Positions 38,691 to 51,817 of a stretch of 64,000 nt of DNA are shown here, one piece after another. The position numbers and the translations under genes were made by a program. The notes beneath the pieces are model-generated. The model had not been told where the DNA came from, ran no database searches, and saw only the letters and a program-made list of their open reading frames with translations. The stretch is taken from NCBI GenBank assembly GCA_977017645.1, contig OZ360223.1, forward strand, positions 47,368,001-47,432,000, read 5' to 3'. Source of the DNA: Torpedo marmorata (Eukaryota). How positions within the stretch are numbered: position 1 is the first letter of the stretch; each line of letters starts with the position of its first letter.

Positions 38691-39301
38691 CTGGAGGCTA
38701 GATAGGGAGAAAGTACTTCATTCTATATCATAATATACAGAAATTTGGACATTTCTGCTCTGCTAATACTGGATGTCAGATAAGCATTCTGGCAAGTAAG
38801 GGACTGTGCAGTGGGAGGAACATGATGGAGTTGAGCAACCAATTGGGTTATTTAGCTTTTAACTGCAGCGTATTGAAATATTACCAAATGAATGGAGTCC
38901 TGTTTGATTTTCTATTTGAGGGAAGTTCCTGATTCCAGCCAATGTTGCAGACAGATGACATTGAGAAAATCTATAGAATAGGAATAAAATTAAGAATGGG
39001 AGTATCCACAGAATAAAATCCCAGCCTAAATTAGCAGATGCATGAGAAGCATTGCTGGCAACGTGAGACAGGATAACGCACTCTCCCAGATGTTGCTCAT
39101 TTAGGATAGGGATAAAGAAAAAGAAGAAAAGTAACTGATAGGAAGTGAACTTCCTTTTGGGCTCTCCTGCTTGTCTGCCATAGTCCATTGTAAAACGGTA
39201 GGAAACACACAATCACACCATTAATACTGCTCTTCCATGATTTCTGCAACTTTACCACCTAAACCACTTCAAATATGATAAAGAAGCTGATGGAAATTAA
39301 T

Positions 39302-40234
39302 TTCAGATTCAGATTTCAGATTTATTGTCAGAGTCCATGCATGGCACCACATACAATCCTGACATTCTTTTTCCTGTGGGCGAGGCAGAAGTACCACTTA
39401 TTGGTAGTGCAAAAAAAACTGTACACAATATATCAGAATCAGAATTTATTGTCATGAACAAGTCATGAAATTCGGTCCAAAATGGCGATTCTTTGCGTGC
39501 AGCTCTGACGGGAATAATCAAATATTCCCGTTCAGAACTTCTAAAAATCAAACAATATACACATGCAAACAAATAAAGAACTGTAAACAGATAACGAATA
39601 TAAACAAACTGTGTAATACAGAGAGAATAAAAAAAATCAATAAAGTGCACAAGTAAAAGTCCTTAAATAAGTCTCTGATTGAGTTTGTCGTTGAGGAGTC
39701 TGATGATGGAGGGGTAGCAGCTGTTCCTGAACCTGGTGGTGCAAGTCTTGTGACACCTATACCTCTTTCCTGATGGCAGCAGTGAGAACGGAGGGTGTGC
39801 TGGGTGGTGTGGATCCTTGATGATGGCTGCTGCTCTCCAACGGCAGCGTTCCCTGTAGATGTTCTCGATAGTGGGGAGGGTTTTGCCTGTGATGTCCTGG
39901 GCTGCGTCCACTACTTTTGCAGGGCTTTACACTCGGGGGTATTGGTGTCCCCATACCAGACCGTGATGCAGCCAATCAGCACACTTTCCACCACACATCT
40001 ATAGAAATTTGCAAGGGTTTCTGGTGTCATACCAAACCTCCGCAAACTCCTGAGGAAGTAGAGGCGCTGATGTGCTTTCTTCATGATGCCATTAGTGTGT
40101 TGGGTCCAGGAAGGATCCTCCGAGATAGTGACTCCCAAGAACTTAAATTTGCTCACCTTCTCCACCTCTGATCCCCTAATGATCACTGGATCATATACCT
40201 CTGGTTTTCCCTTCCTGAAGTCAACAATCAGCTC
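39302..40234 (-). mobile_element. Rex1/Babar-like non-LTR retrotransposon, 5'-truncated
   Basis: ELIVDFRK...FKFLGVTISEDPSW...KKAHQRLYFLRSLRRFG...FYRCVVESVL peptide; (tctgaa)n tail; possible TSD attaat. Confidence 0.88.
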
Positions 40235-42142
40235 ATTAATCGCCAAATATTTAAAATATGAACATTTCAAAAACATGAAACCTAAAAAGAGAAACATCAG
40301 AAAATTACATTTTACTTTTTAATTCAAATCTGTTCAATAAAGACTTTTTGTATGAAGATAGTTTGGTAGTGTTTGTTAAAGTCATGCTCATGTCTAATTT
40401 GTTTATAATTGCTGTATTCACAGATTTTAACTTTCTATTTAACAGAATTTTGATACTGTTGATGTGAAGATGGATGTCTGTATTTTAATTTTCAAAGCAA
40501 TTTTTGAAAGTGGTATTTTATCTTGTTGGCACTGGTTCTTTCATACTGATTTTCCTCGTTAAAAAACACTTCAGATTGTTTTAAATGGTTGACCAGACTG
40601 TCTCACTCCCATTGCTTACTCCATTACAGGTCTCCAGTTTGAGCGGGTGAATTAGTAGTTTCTTGTGTCCTGATATTAGTAAGACATTTCTACCAGTTGA
40701 ACTAGCAACACATAGCTAAGACATGTAGAACAATTCACCAATTGGCAACAAATTACTAATGTATTTCTGTAGAAATTTTCATTTTTTGAAAAGTAAATGT
40801 GTGTGAACCACTGCTTAAAGGTGCTAGTCTCATGTATAATTTGTAATGTAAGAGTATATTTTTATTTGGTGGTTGTTGCAATGCTGTGTAATAAAGATGC
40901 AGTTTCACTTAGTGAGAGTAGTTAAACAACAAACAGCAAACATTATAGTTAAAAGTTAAGCATTCAAAACATTTTACAGAACTAGTTGAAGAAGTTGGAG
41001 TAATTAATATAAGAGGTTAAATCATATTTTTATAGTTCTATCAGCAATAAAGTTTTGGATGATGTAATTAAACTAATGTCTTTTTATTGTTTGAAAATGT
41101 TAGATTCTTACTTAGCTGGTGAGATCTGCATTTGACTGCAAGTTTAGACAGCTGAGTGCATTTCTAGTAAGCTTGAGCACATGATGGCAATGTGTAAGTA
41201 AAAATGCATTCAATTCCAGTGTAGATCCCATAGTGTTTGATTATTTCCCTTTTGTGCCTCAAATTCTTCTGGTTTCGTTAATGTACCCTCTTTTACACTG
41301 TGACTTTTAGGTCTGGGAATACTATGAAGCAATCAAACACTTTTTTTCCAGCTCTTTGTTCAGAGAAGTAATTCACTCTGCACTACCTGTTCTTTCCTGC
41401 TTCTCTCCTTTCTTGTTTTATATTGACAGTCACTTTTTTATATGGCCAAAAAAAAGTGGCTGCAGAAGTACCTAGTGGCCCGCATGCAGGGATTGTGGTC
41501 TCAGCAACCCAGCATTCACCAACTGCATGTACCAGGCTTCCTTACATGGGCATAGTCTATTGGGTGCGTTATTGAAATACACAACCCAGAATATGAAAAT
41601 ATACCAGTATATTCCCATCCTAATTGTTTCGTATGAATATGCAAAAGATTTTATTCAAAGCTAAATTGGCTAAAGTTGATACTCTTGTGCAAATATGATT
41701 TATCATGCGGATGATCAAACAAAAAACGGCTAATAGTGACTTAACAGCACAAGTATCAATTGGTTGGGAAGGTGTTTAAGACTATGCCTATGAAGAAATA
41801 CCTGAGAGTGGTGTAGATACTAAAGGCATTTGCATTTAGTATCTTGGAGCCTAAGTCAACAAAATTCTGTTTTCCTTTATTCATTATGTTTTTTCATTAA
41901 CAGATTATAAAATCTGAAGAGATTTGTCAGAATCATGGTCACGGTTTCTTTGTGACCTATGAGCATGCTGAATGGTTAAACCGGAATTACCTACAAATTC
42001 AAATATCTTTTTCTGCTGTCCTAATAATATCCCAAACAACACCAACATTTTTTTTCTTTCTGACCTAATATAATTTTCCTCTGATCTATGATCTCTTTAC
42101 TTCTGACCTAAGCTTCTTGCATGCCCAAATCCTCTTTTATAG

Positions 42143-42211
42143 GGAAAAAGAGAGAAATGTATGACCATCCTGTCTTCTGCTTGGCCTCTCAAGTGATGGA
42201 TTTAACCATTC
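42143..42211 (+). CDS. CADPS: CADPS 69-nt cassette exon (GKKREMYDHPVFCLASQVMDLTI)
   Basis: ttttatag acceptor, gtgagt donor, phase 1-1; near-identical to recalled mammalian alternative exon GKKREMYEHPVFCLASQVMDLTI. Confidence 0.9.
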
Positions 42212-43053
42212 GTGAGTACCTACCACATCCTTTCCACACTGTCTCTCGCTCTTTCTGTTGACATGATTTTAGAGCCAGTCACATCCAGCCCCTGACAAAC
42301 CCCACTCTTGCACTTTTTGTCCCTCTGCCGTTTTGTCTGTTGCTTCTGTCTGTGATATCGAATGTTTGAACTACAGCCAGTTGTTTTCAACCTTTGCCAG
42401 GTTTTTACACATGGCCCATTGTTTGTGACAAACTCAAACTATCTGTAAATTTTTAAGTTACTGTTATTGTCTGTGACTTGAATGCATTTTTACTTTGCTT
42501 CTGTGTATTCCTGAATTGTAACACTTGTCACTGGTACACAATACAAATCCTATGGAGTCAGTGCCTCACAAGTTGTCACAAGAAATAGGCTGTTTACTTA
42601 CTGTGGGTAAAGGCATTCTGTTAGATCTGTGTGAATATCTTAACTTAGTCCGTCTTGTCTGTGACTAATTAAGCAAATGTAACCATATGCATACATGCTC
42701 TATTTACACACTTTAACCTCTTCTCAATTTCAAGCTGCTGATGGATCATATGTTTTTTATACATTTTAGGATTTAGTGATTCACTTCTATCTTAAGCTCA
42801 TTGCTTGCCTCCATCTCAGAATGTTAAATGCTAACTGTCCACCTATGTGGTGCATACTGTTGCGCTTTGTTTGAAAGGCTTTTATAGTAACATCCATTCT
42901 TATTGAGAGTACTTGGAGGCATCGGACAAACTCTTTGCAAATCACTGGTGCCACACATCTAGGGAGTAGCTTTGGTTCACTTGCTCATTAATCCTGCATA
43001 TTTGTCTTGTTTTTTTTTCTCTTTCTCTCCTTGTTGCTCTCTCTTTCATGTAG

Positions 43054-43071
43054 AGAATCAAAAGGATCCAG
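43054..43071 (+). CDS. CADPS: CADPS 18-nt microexon (E/Q-N-Q-K-D-P)
   Basis: Long pyrimidine tract, tgtag|AGAATCAAAAGGATCCAG|gtgaac; corresponds to human ENQKDA. Confidence 0.9.
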
Positions 43072-45044
43072 GTGAACTATTGTATTCTACATCTTAATGT
43101 CGTAGGACAATCTCATTAGATTATATCTTTCCTTTGAAAGTAATTTTGAGCAGCCTAGCTCCTTCTGAGGCTTCAGCAGGCTCAATTAATGTTTAATGAG
43201 CCTCTGGGGTAGAAACATGTAAGGAGTTAATTTGTGCTGTCTATACGGAGTGGTATTAGTGGACAATCACCTTATAGTTTTAGAAGTATACATTCAGGAA
43301 TTTCAATCAGTTTGCAAGTTACATCATCTTCAGGGTTTTCTTACTTAAGGGAAAAAATTACATAACCACGATAAATTATGTTTTAATATATAATATAGTA
43401 GCTATCTTTAATGTAGAATGTGACAATTTTACAAATATCATTATTCATTAAGTAATATTTTCTCCTAATTTTTTTAATAGTCACATGTCAAAACGTAATC
43501 ATTTCTGGCTGCAGGTCAAAAATAAAATTCTTCCACAATTCTATTAAATACATATAAATAATAAGTATGACATTTACTACAATGAATAGTATGTCATCTC
43601 TACTGTTTGCATGTTAATCATTTTAACTGCTGCTAATGCCTTAATCTCAGTGAACTATTTATAAACCAAAGCATAGCTCTGGAGAAAGTGCAACTTGCAG
43701 TTTTATTTTTTAAATAGATCACCTCTTAAAAGATTTATGTGCACACATTTCAGTAGAGTTTCTGCATCATGTACTATTTAATCTGCACAAAAAGAGCAGT
43801 CACATGAAGTTTGTTTCAGTTGTGCTTTATTTTACTGACATTAGTTCATAAGGATCTTTGCATCTATCCCAAATCATGGTGCAGTGTGTATGTATCATCT
43901 GAGCCAAGGAAAATGTTCTCCCTGTTGTAGATATTGCAGAGTAAAATGCCAAATAAATCTTTTAAAGCAATCTGTATAGGGCCTAAATGAGTGCATTACA
44001 GTTTCATCGTCAAACCATTCTGCAATAGGGATCTTAATAGTTAGATCAGAGATTTTTGGTAATATTAGCTCCCACTTTAGGAATGGATTCAAGAAATTCC
44101 TTACATTTTATCATAAATATTGTAAATGCATTATTCTGTGGTGGCTAATTGAAATGCAAAAAAACTACAGAGGCTGGAAATTTGAGATTTAAAAAAAAAC
44201 AGAAAATGCTGGAATTGTTCAGCAAGTCAAACTGTTTTGAGGGCTGCTGTGACTAATCAGTTGGAGTGTCATGCTTACCTTTAGGAGTTTGAGCAAATCT
44301 CTCATTTGGACATTTTTAATGCAAATCAGAATTTTATGTGCTTTTGGAATATCTGGTGCTAGTCTCTCCTGTAATTTGAGCTACTCTCAAGAGATGTGCC
44401 CCTTTCTAAATGAAGCAGATCAAGCCAAGTGTGGTTAATCAGCATACAGTTTCCCACACCTAGATATACCTACTGTATGTTAATAGGTTTGTAGTGAATG
44501 TCTGCTCCCTAATTCATTGGGTCTGGACTGGAGATCATCAGTCCCTCGTCTGACATACATTTGGTGATGAAGCACATTGGTGTACTCCAGAATTATGTCA
44601 GAGGCAACATGAATATGTTTGAGATCACACAAAGACGTAGAGGTAACAGTGAGAATATCTATTTGTGTACAATGGGTTGCCGTTAATAACTCCCCGTCAC
44701 TATACTAAGGGATAAATGATATTTTGTATACTATAATATAAAATACCAACAAAATTCTGTCAGGACCAAGGAGGAAAATAATCAGTTATTATAATTCCAG
44801 AATCACCTCTGTAAAGATTTTAAAAAATCAATAAAAATTACGAAGTATTGATACAGCAACTTTAATAGTTCAAATCACAGCAACAATAAATTGCTGTGTT
44901 TAGATTGCTTAAATTGCTTTTATACTGTACCTTTTAATATCAAGATTTGTTCCAAGCTGCTATTAAATGACTTAACACAAAATCGTACAATTTTTGTACT
45001 AGTCTCAAAAATCCAGTTGCTGCTCTTACTTAGTTCATTCACAA

Positions 45045-45615
45045 TCATGAGCGGCATAGATAAGGTGAATGATCACAGTCTTTTTTCCAGGGTAGAGGAG
45101 TCTGAAAACTAGAGGCCATAGGTGTTTAAGGTAAGAGAGGAAAGATTTTAAGGAGACCTAAGAGGCAAGTTTTTCATTCAGAGGGTGGTGGGTACATGGA
45201 ACAAGCTGCCAGAAGAAGTTGTGGAGGTAGCGGTTAGTGCAACGCTATTACAGTACTAGCAACCTGGGTTTGAATCTGGCGATGTCTGTAAGGAGTTTGT
45301 ACATTCTCACTGTGATCGTGTGTGTTTTCTCCGGGTGCACTGGTGTCGTCCCATGTTCCAAAGACTTATGGGGTTGGTAAGTTCATTAGTCAAATGGGTG
45401 TATTTGGGTGGTGCGGGCTGATGGGCCGGAAGGGCCTGTTACCGTACTGTATCTCAAAAAAATTAAATTAAGAATTTAGACAGATATGAGAGAGGAAGTT
45501 TTAAAGAGATTTTAACCAAAAGCCAGGAAATTGGACAAACTCAGAGAGGCAACTTGGCTGGCATGGACAAGTTGAGCTGAAGGCCCTTTTTCCATGCAGT
45601 AAAACTCTATGACTA
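45045..45615 (+). mobile_element. CR1-like LINE 3' fragment containing a nested V-SINE (~45228-45465)
   Basis: actagaggccataggtgtttaagg...ttttcattcagagggtggtg...tggaacaagctgcc interrupted by a SINE resembling 6355-6600. Confidence 0.8.
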
Positions 45616-47868
45616 CTAATATATTCCCATTATGATAATATTCCATGATATACATTCTAGTGCTATAAATTTTTCCAGTTAGCACAACCACATGACTTAA
45701 CTGAACATGAACTTCTTATGACATAGATAGAGCTTCCTTTAGATTTTGAATGTTATTCAGCATGGTCTTTTAACTGCATATCAGAATCTACATAGATTTT
45801 AAAATATAACCTTCTATACAGATCAGTAGAAATAAAATGGATAAATAATTTGCCGCCCATTTATTAAGAAACCATTTGTAAATATTGGGAATCTATTGTT
45901 TCCTCAGAGGCTCAGATGTTATGTTACAATGATTGAAAATAAGGCAAGGGTCTAACCTTGGTCTTATTTCATGGCGCATGTTAACAATTCAATTTATTTA
46001 TTTAAAAAAGTTAAATCAGGTATTTTGGTGAACATAATTCAAAATATTGAAATAATTGTACTTTTAAGCAGCTTTTGAACTGAGATAATTCATTCACATC
46101 AACCCAAGACTTTGGCCTTTTGGAGAAAACTACCAGAATTTAGGATACTAATGCTAAAACTAATTTATAAATGTCATGTGAGAGGAAATCAGATGCAGGG
46201 GTACTGGGGAATAAAACAAGGGGAATACAACTGATGGGAGTACTCTGCTGGAAGCAGACACAATTCGATGGGCTCATAGCCTCCTGTGCACATAAAAGTA
46301 TATAAACATTTGGGGATTGGTTGCAACCAACTCTACTTAGAGTTTAGACCCTCACAACTGCACATTGATTTATGTAAACACTGATCAAGGGAAGAGTGTG
46401 AAGGAACCTTCTACAAGTGAACCCAAGGAGCACAACATGTGCCGCCAATTGTCATTCACGTCTGTTTCATTTTGTTCCACGAATAATGATAGATGATGCC
46501 TCATAAAGCATCAAGTTCATGGTTATTATGGCATCAGATTCTGCTGGATTTTGTAAACGAGTTTCAGGTTTAGTTACAGTTAGAGATGGAGATTCTTTTG
46601 TACCTCTAACAACTCTGGAATTGCCACAACCAGTCTTTCAGCTAGACAGATCTAAATAGTCCATTCTTGACAAACATGAAAACAATCATGACAGCCAAGG
46701 AGCAAATTGGCATTAAAAGACATCAACCCTGTAGGTCACTGCAGTTAACACAAAATAAATATCAGATCATCAATGCTACCAATCTCCTAAAGGAAATGGC
46801 AACCACACTTTAAATCTAACATTGTCACTAACATTTTTTCCCTCTTTTAAAAATGTTAATTATATTTATGTTAAATCCCCAATCCATTCCAAAGTTAACT
46901 CTTGTTACATGTATCACCATTATGAATTGTTGGGAATGCATTTAACTCTGTAATATTTAAAAGCATGAATTTTTGATCTTTCTCTGATTTTACCAAAACA
47001 CCTCCCACAAAAGCCTAATTAATCCCATTTTTTAGTCTCATGTGTGCATCTTCTTCACTCCACTGTCTACTAGTTCTCATGGGCCAGCGATGTCATAAGA
47101 AACCCAAAATAAATATTGCTTTCTATTTTATTCCACCAGTCTACCTGGGTCTGCTTTTTTTTCCATAAACAGAAAATCTAGAAGCTTTCGGCTTCATGCC
47201 TGGGTTGATAGCCTGGCAGAGGAGAATGCACAACCATTGCAAAATCTGCCTGATTCAAACGTTTCAATAAGAAGTATATCTAGTTGGTTCTGCAGTGAGT
47301 TAATTAATCCTTTATGTTCTATTATTGGCCGTGCAGCGAAGCTGAAAAGATCTCCATTGGGTCCAAATTGCACTTGTTGAAAGAAAGAAACAATGAACAC
47401 AATCACAGGAACTGACAAACAAAATACCTGATTTAACGATAGATTTGAAGGCTAGTTTTAAGGATAGAATTACTTTTAAAGCCATGATTTCTTCTACCAT
47501 TTCATTACTAACTTTTTATAGTTTCTTTAAAGAAATCCGTATAGCTGAGAATTTGAGTGGACTGTACTATTTAGCACAATTAGAATAAAACGATACAAGC
47601 AAAAATGAAAATTTGTGGGTTTTTTGGCATATCAGATCTGTTATTGACAAATTTCATGTCTGTGCTTAAAATATCTGCTATATGGGATATTGAAATCTTT
47701 GGAAACATTTAACTCCAACTGTCATTAGCAGTTACAGAAGTATCTTTTGAAATGTCATGAATATGCTTGAAGTTTCTTTCACTATTTTGACTTTTTTCAT
47801 TATTTGTGCAATTACTCATTCTGTCACCTGCTTTCTTACTCTTCCTGTCTCTCACTCATGCATGACAG

Positions 47869-47970
47869 CACGACGATCTTGGCCTAAGCCACCGCCTGCA
47901 CCTCCACCCATAAAAACGCAGCAAAACAGTCTTAGTCAGAGAATCAGAGGCATGCCTAAACAAATACCAA
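47869..47970 (+). CDS. CADPS: Candidate 102-nt proline-rich CADPS cassette exon (ARRSWPKPPPAPPPIKTQQNSLSQRIRGMPKQIP)
   Basis: Long pyrimidine tract ending gacag, open frame, phase 1-1, exon-like GC content; donor CAA|gtactg is weak. Confidence 0.55.
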
Positions 47971-48784
47971 GTACTGTTAGTTTTTTTTATTTCAGTTGTT
48001 TAAGTTTTTTGTAGCTTGTTGCTTTTAAAGATTATTTTTACTTATCTTGATTACATTCAGTTTGTTCCAGAAATGCATAGTCTGATATAAACTTAAACAC
48101 AAATTAGCTGTGTCATTGTAATGATTGGGTAAATTTCTAGTTGGAGCCTAGAAAAATAATACTTTTGTCATCTTTGTTAAGCATTTGATGCACGCAACAT
48201 TCACAAATATAAATGTCAGCACAAACTAACAGTGTTGCTGCATAACATACTGCATGATGAGTTGAAGTGCTTTCATAAAACAAGTCTTGTAAAATAATAT
48301 ATTTTCGGCAAACAGCTGTGCTCCAGTTAGATCATTTCTTTGGAGTTCTGGCCATTTGTTTTAAATGTTGCCTTTCTATTCCTTAAATATTTTTTCGAAG
48401 GTCTCTTTTACAGTTCCATCTTGCCTCTAAATTCTATGCAGATCTAGTAGAATTTTTTTTTAAATTAGGAGTGAAAATCCGATTTCTTCCTCCAGACAAA
48501 TGTCCTACAGTATATTTACAAATATAGGACATTTTAAAATCTGAACTTAAACATGGTCCAAGCTCCTGGATGGGATCCTAGCTGGTGCATTGTGCAATTT
48601 TATTAAACTGTGCAGTATATTTGATCTAATTTATTGCAAAGTGCTTCTGTTACCGGTAATTATGTATTGTTTAAAATACTAAAAAGGTAAATGTAAATAT
48701 CTTTAAAATTAGCTTAAATAGAGGAAACATGTATTGATATAAAATTGTATTGTATTGCTCATTTTATAATACTGTTAACCACAG

Positions 48785-48891
48785 AAAATGTTGGACAATT
48801 AGTCACTCCTGCCAAAAAACTGGAAGATACAATTCGACTTGCTGAACTGGTCATTGAGGTACTGCAGCAAAATGAAGAGCACCATGCAGAG
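48785..48891 (+). CDS. CADPS: CADPS core exon ([21 protein letters not shown]...NEEHHAE)
   Basis: cacag acceptor, gtgagt donor, translation matches CAPS1. Confidence 0.97.
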
Positions 48892-50510
48892 GTGAGTGTG
48901 GCACTTAATAAATTACAGACTAAATTATATGGTTTGAAGTCATTTTAAGGATGGTGGCTGATAACTAGATGAAAGCAGTTCTATAATGTTTTAATATCTC
49001 TCATATCCGATCATTATGAATAATTCCAGTCGGATGGAGAGCAGATATCAAGTTGCTATAAAAGCAACATAATAATGATTTCAGGACTGTTCCCTTGATG
49101 GATACTTAGAAGCAAATCTTAAAGCTATCAATTTAAAATCCCTTGTCTGAAATAACAAAGATTTATCTGTTCTAATTTTGATGTTAAAATACAATGACCA
49201 GATGAAATCGTATGCCTTTGTTATTAGCTATATGACCACAGGACATCTGAGGACCTGATCTAAATGTGATAATGCATTGAAAAATTTCATCAATTTCATT
49301 CCTTCCATTAAATCTTGTACAAATTGGATGCGGAAATATTTTCACGTTTTTAATCTCAAGACAGGTTAATGATAAAGTACTGTGAAATTTATCTACAAGC
49401 CCTTCTGAATATGGTCTTCTCAGATGAAATATGATACAAAAAACTGAAAAAATATATATTTTTAAACTTCACGGTTAAGGTGGTTTCAAATGATTCAGTT
49501 ACTGTGCATACATCACAAATGATGTTCAACTGTTTCCATCAACTGCTTTCCACTCTTTTCCAGAATTTCAGACTGCTTTAAAATTTCTCATAAGATTTAA
49601 CATTGACAAGTATTGATTTCAACAAAACTAAACATTACAATAATATCTGGATGGGAAATAATTGCGTTCCAATCACCTTGGCCACCTGCCACTGTTGATA
49701 TTTAGCAGCCATTTCAAAATTGCAAGCTTCCAACATTTGTAGGGACTTTATCGAAAATCAGTGCGACAGTGTAAACACTCTATACAAATACACTTTCCAC
49801 TGTGAGGACACAATCACTCTTTGCACTTTTGATAATACATATGTGAACAATGAAAGCAACAATATTAATATCTCAGCATTTCAACAATGAGCTAATATTT
49901 CAAGATTAACATTTGTTATTTGTTTCAAGAAAATTTCCCTCTATCAGACGGATGTGCATGAAAATAGAATATACTGATTTTTACTCACACGTACGAGCAT
50001 GAGAATTCATAAATTCTTTACATATCACTTAAATCAATTTCTAATAAGTAGATTTACTCTCTGGACACTGAAACATAATAGGTATATTTGCCCTCAGGAC
50101 TTTCTGTTGTGTCCAAAGTGTTTCTATTCACTGAAGCTTTTATTTCATCCATGATTTAATTTGGGCTTATTTTTCTCGAATAATTATTGCAATAAGTAAA
50201 TTCAACAAAGAAGCTTCTTCCCTCTTATAATATAACATTTGATGTTAACTATTGTTTTTTATTTTAAGAGCTTATGTTACTACATATTCTGGTGTCATTT
50301 TCTTTGCTGTTTATTTGTACATTTCTACATTAAATTTAAGTTTCTATAGAGACTGTATTCATGTTAACCAGAGAAAAGTGTGAAACTGGAGTATTGCATC
50401 CATAGTGCCTTTATTATTTGGTACAAAAGTAATGCACCGGTCCCAACTAATACTTGATTTGCATATTCAAATTTCCTCCCTACTGTTCAATCATTGTTGG
50501 ATTACTACAG

Positions 50511-50519
50511 GGAAAAGAG
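50511..50519 (+). CDS. CADPS: CADPS 9-nt microexon (G-K-E)
   Basis: actacag|GGAAAAGAG|gtatgt, phase 0-0, ~80-nt AG-free zone upstream; gives HHAE-GKE, as recalled in CAPS isoforms (GRE in CADPS2). Confidence 0.8.
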
Positions 50520-51817
50520 GTATGTGACTAAACTGAATGAAATGAGTCACCTCCCCATATGTCTCGTGCATGTCCTAAAGATATCATCCTTCCTTATTGG
50601 GATTTTACCTGGGCCTTCCCTGCTCTTACTCTTCTTCAAAGCAGTCTACTACTATCTGTCAGCACAGTACTTGTAAAACTATTGTTTAGATTTATTATCT
50701 GAAATGGTTGCTTGGGCTGGCTGAACAGCCTCTGCATGCACTATTGGATGCTGTAGCAAGGTCAGGATCTGCAACATCCCACCAATCTTTACCTAATGGA
50801 AACTTCCCTAAATCTACTCTAATATTTGTCTGTGTGGATTAAAGAGTAGGAATTTGTTCTTAGTCTTTTGTGCTGAATGTGCATATGTTGTGGCTGCTGT
50901 GTCCCATCTTCTGATTTTGAAATTTTGCTCCATTGACTTCAGTGGAGGCAAATACTGAAAACAATTTCCAGTGGGCCCTGTTACTGTACATGTTTATCAC
51001 AGAAGACAAAGGATGAATTTTTACCCTGAAGTCAGAACTTGAATTTTGTTTTACAATGTAGAATGTCACATCAGCTCAAATGCAACTGATTGTTAGAATA
51101 TAATTTTTTTTAAATATTGTATCATTTTGGTGTGAGTGGGAACTCCACCTTTTAAAAAAAGTAAAATATGTTTTCTTTTTCTACCAGTATGAATATTGAT
51201 TGTGAGTCATGCATTCCACCATGTTGTTGCAAGATAATGTAATACACTAAAAATAGTGATTTTGACAAAGTGATTGATGAATGAACAATAAGGATTCAGC
51301 TTGATTGGTAGCATATGATCAGATTAGTAACTCCATTAAAGTACTGCATATAGAAACTTTATGAAACTAACATCAGCAATGATCCCACCAATTGCAAAAT
51401 AGCCCATTATCATTTGCTGTGCATGCTTCCCAAAAAAAATTTTGTTCGCTCAGAGAAAAGAATCTGCCACTTAAATCTGGTGGTGATGATGACGAGATGT
51501 ACCTCAATAGAAATCAACACAAGAGAAAGAATGGAAAAGAAAAGGCAATTAAGAACCCTACTGAGGATAGTGCAGTTGTATCCAAAAATGGCAAATTTAA
51601 ACATATTATGGTAAATTTTATGCAATTTATGTCATTAAAATAAGCATTCCACTGAATCAGACATCTATATGATTGAGTTAATTTTCCCATGTGCATTTTC
51701 CTGATTGAGTCTCCATAACAAGATCCTAAGTAGAAAGATTAATGTATTGCAGGGTTGCCATGGCATTGCAGAACACTAATTTCACAGTTGGTTTTTACAG
51801 ACTGAAGTTAATTCATT

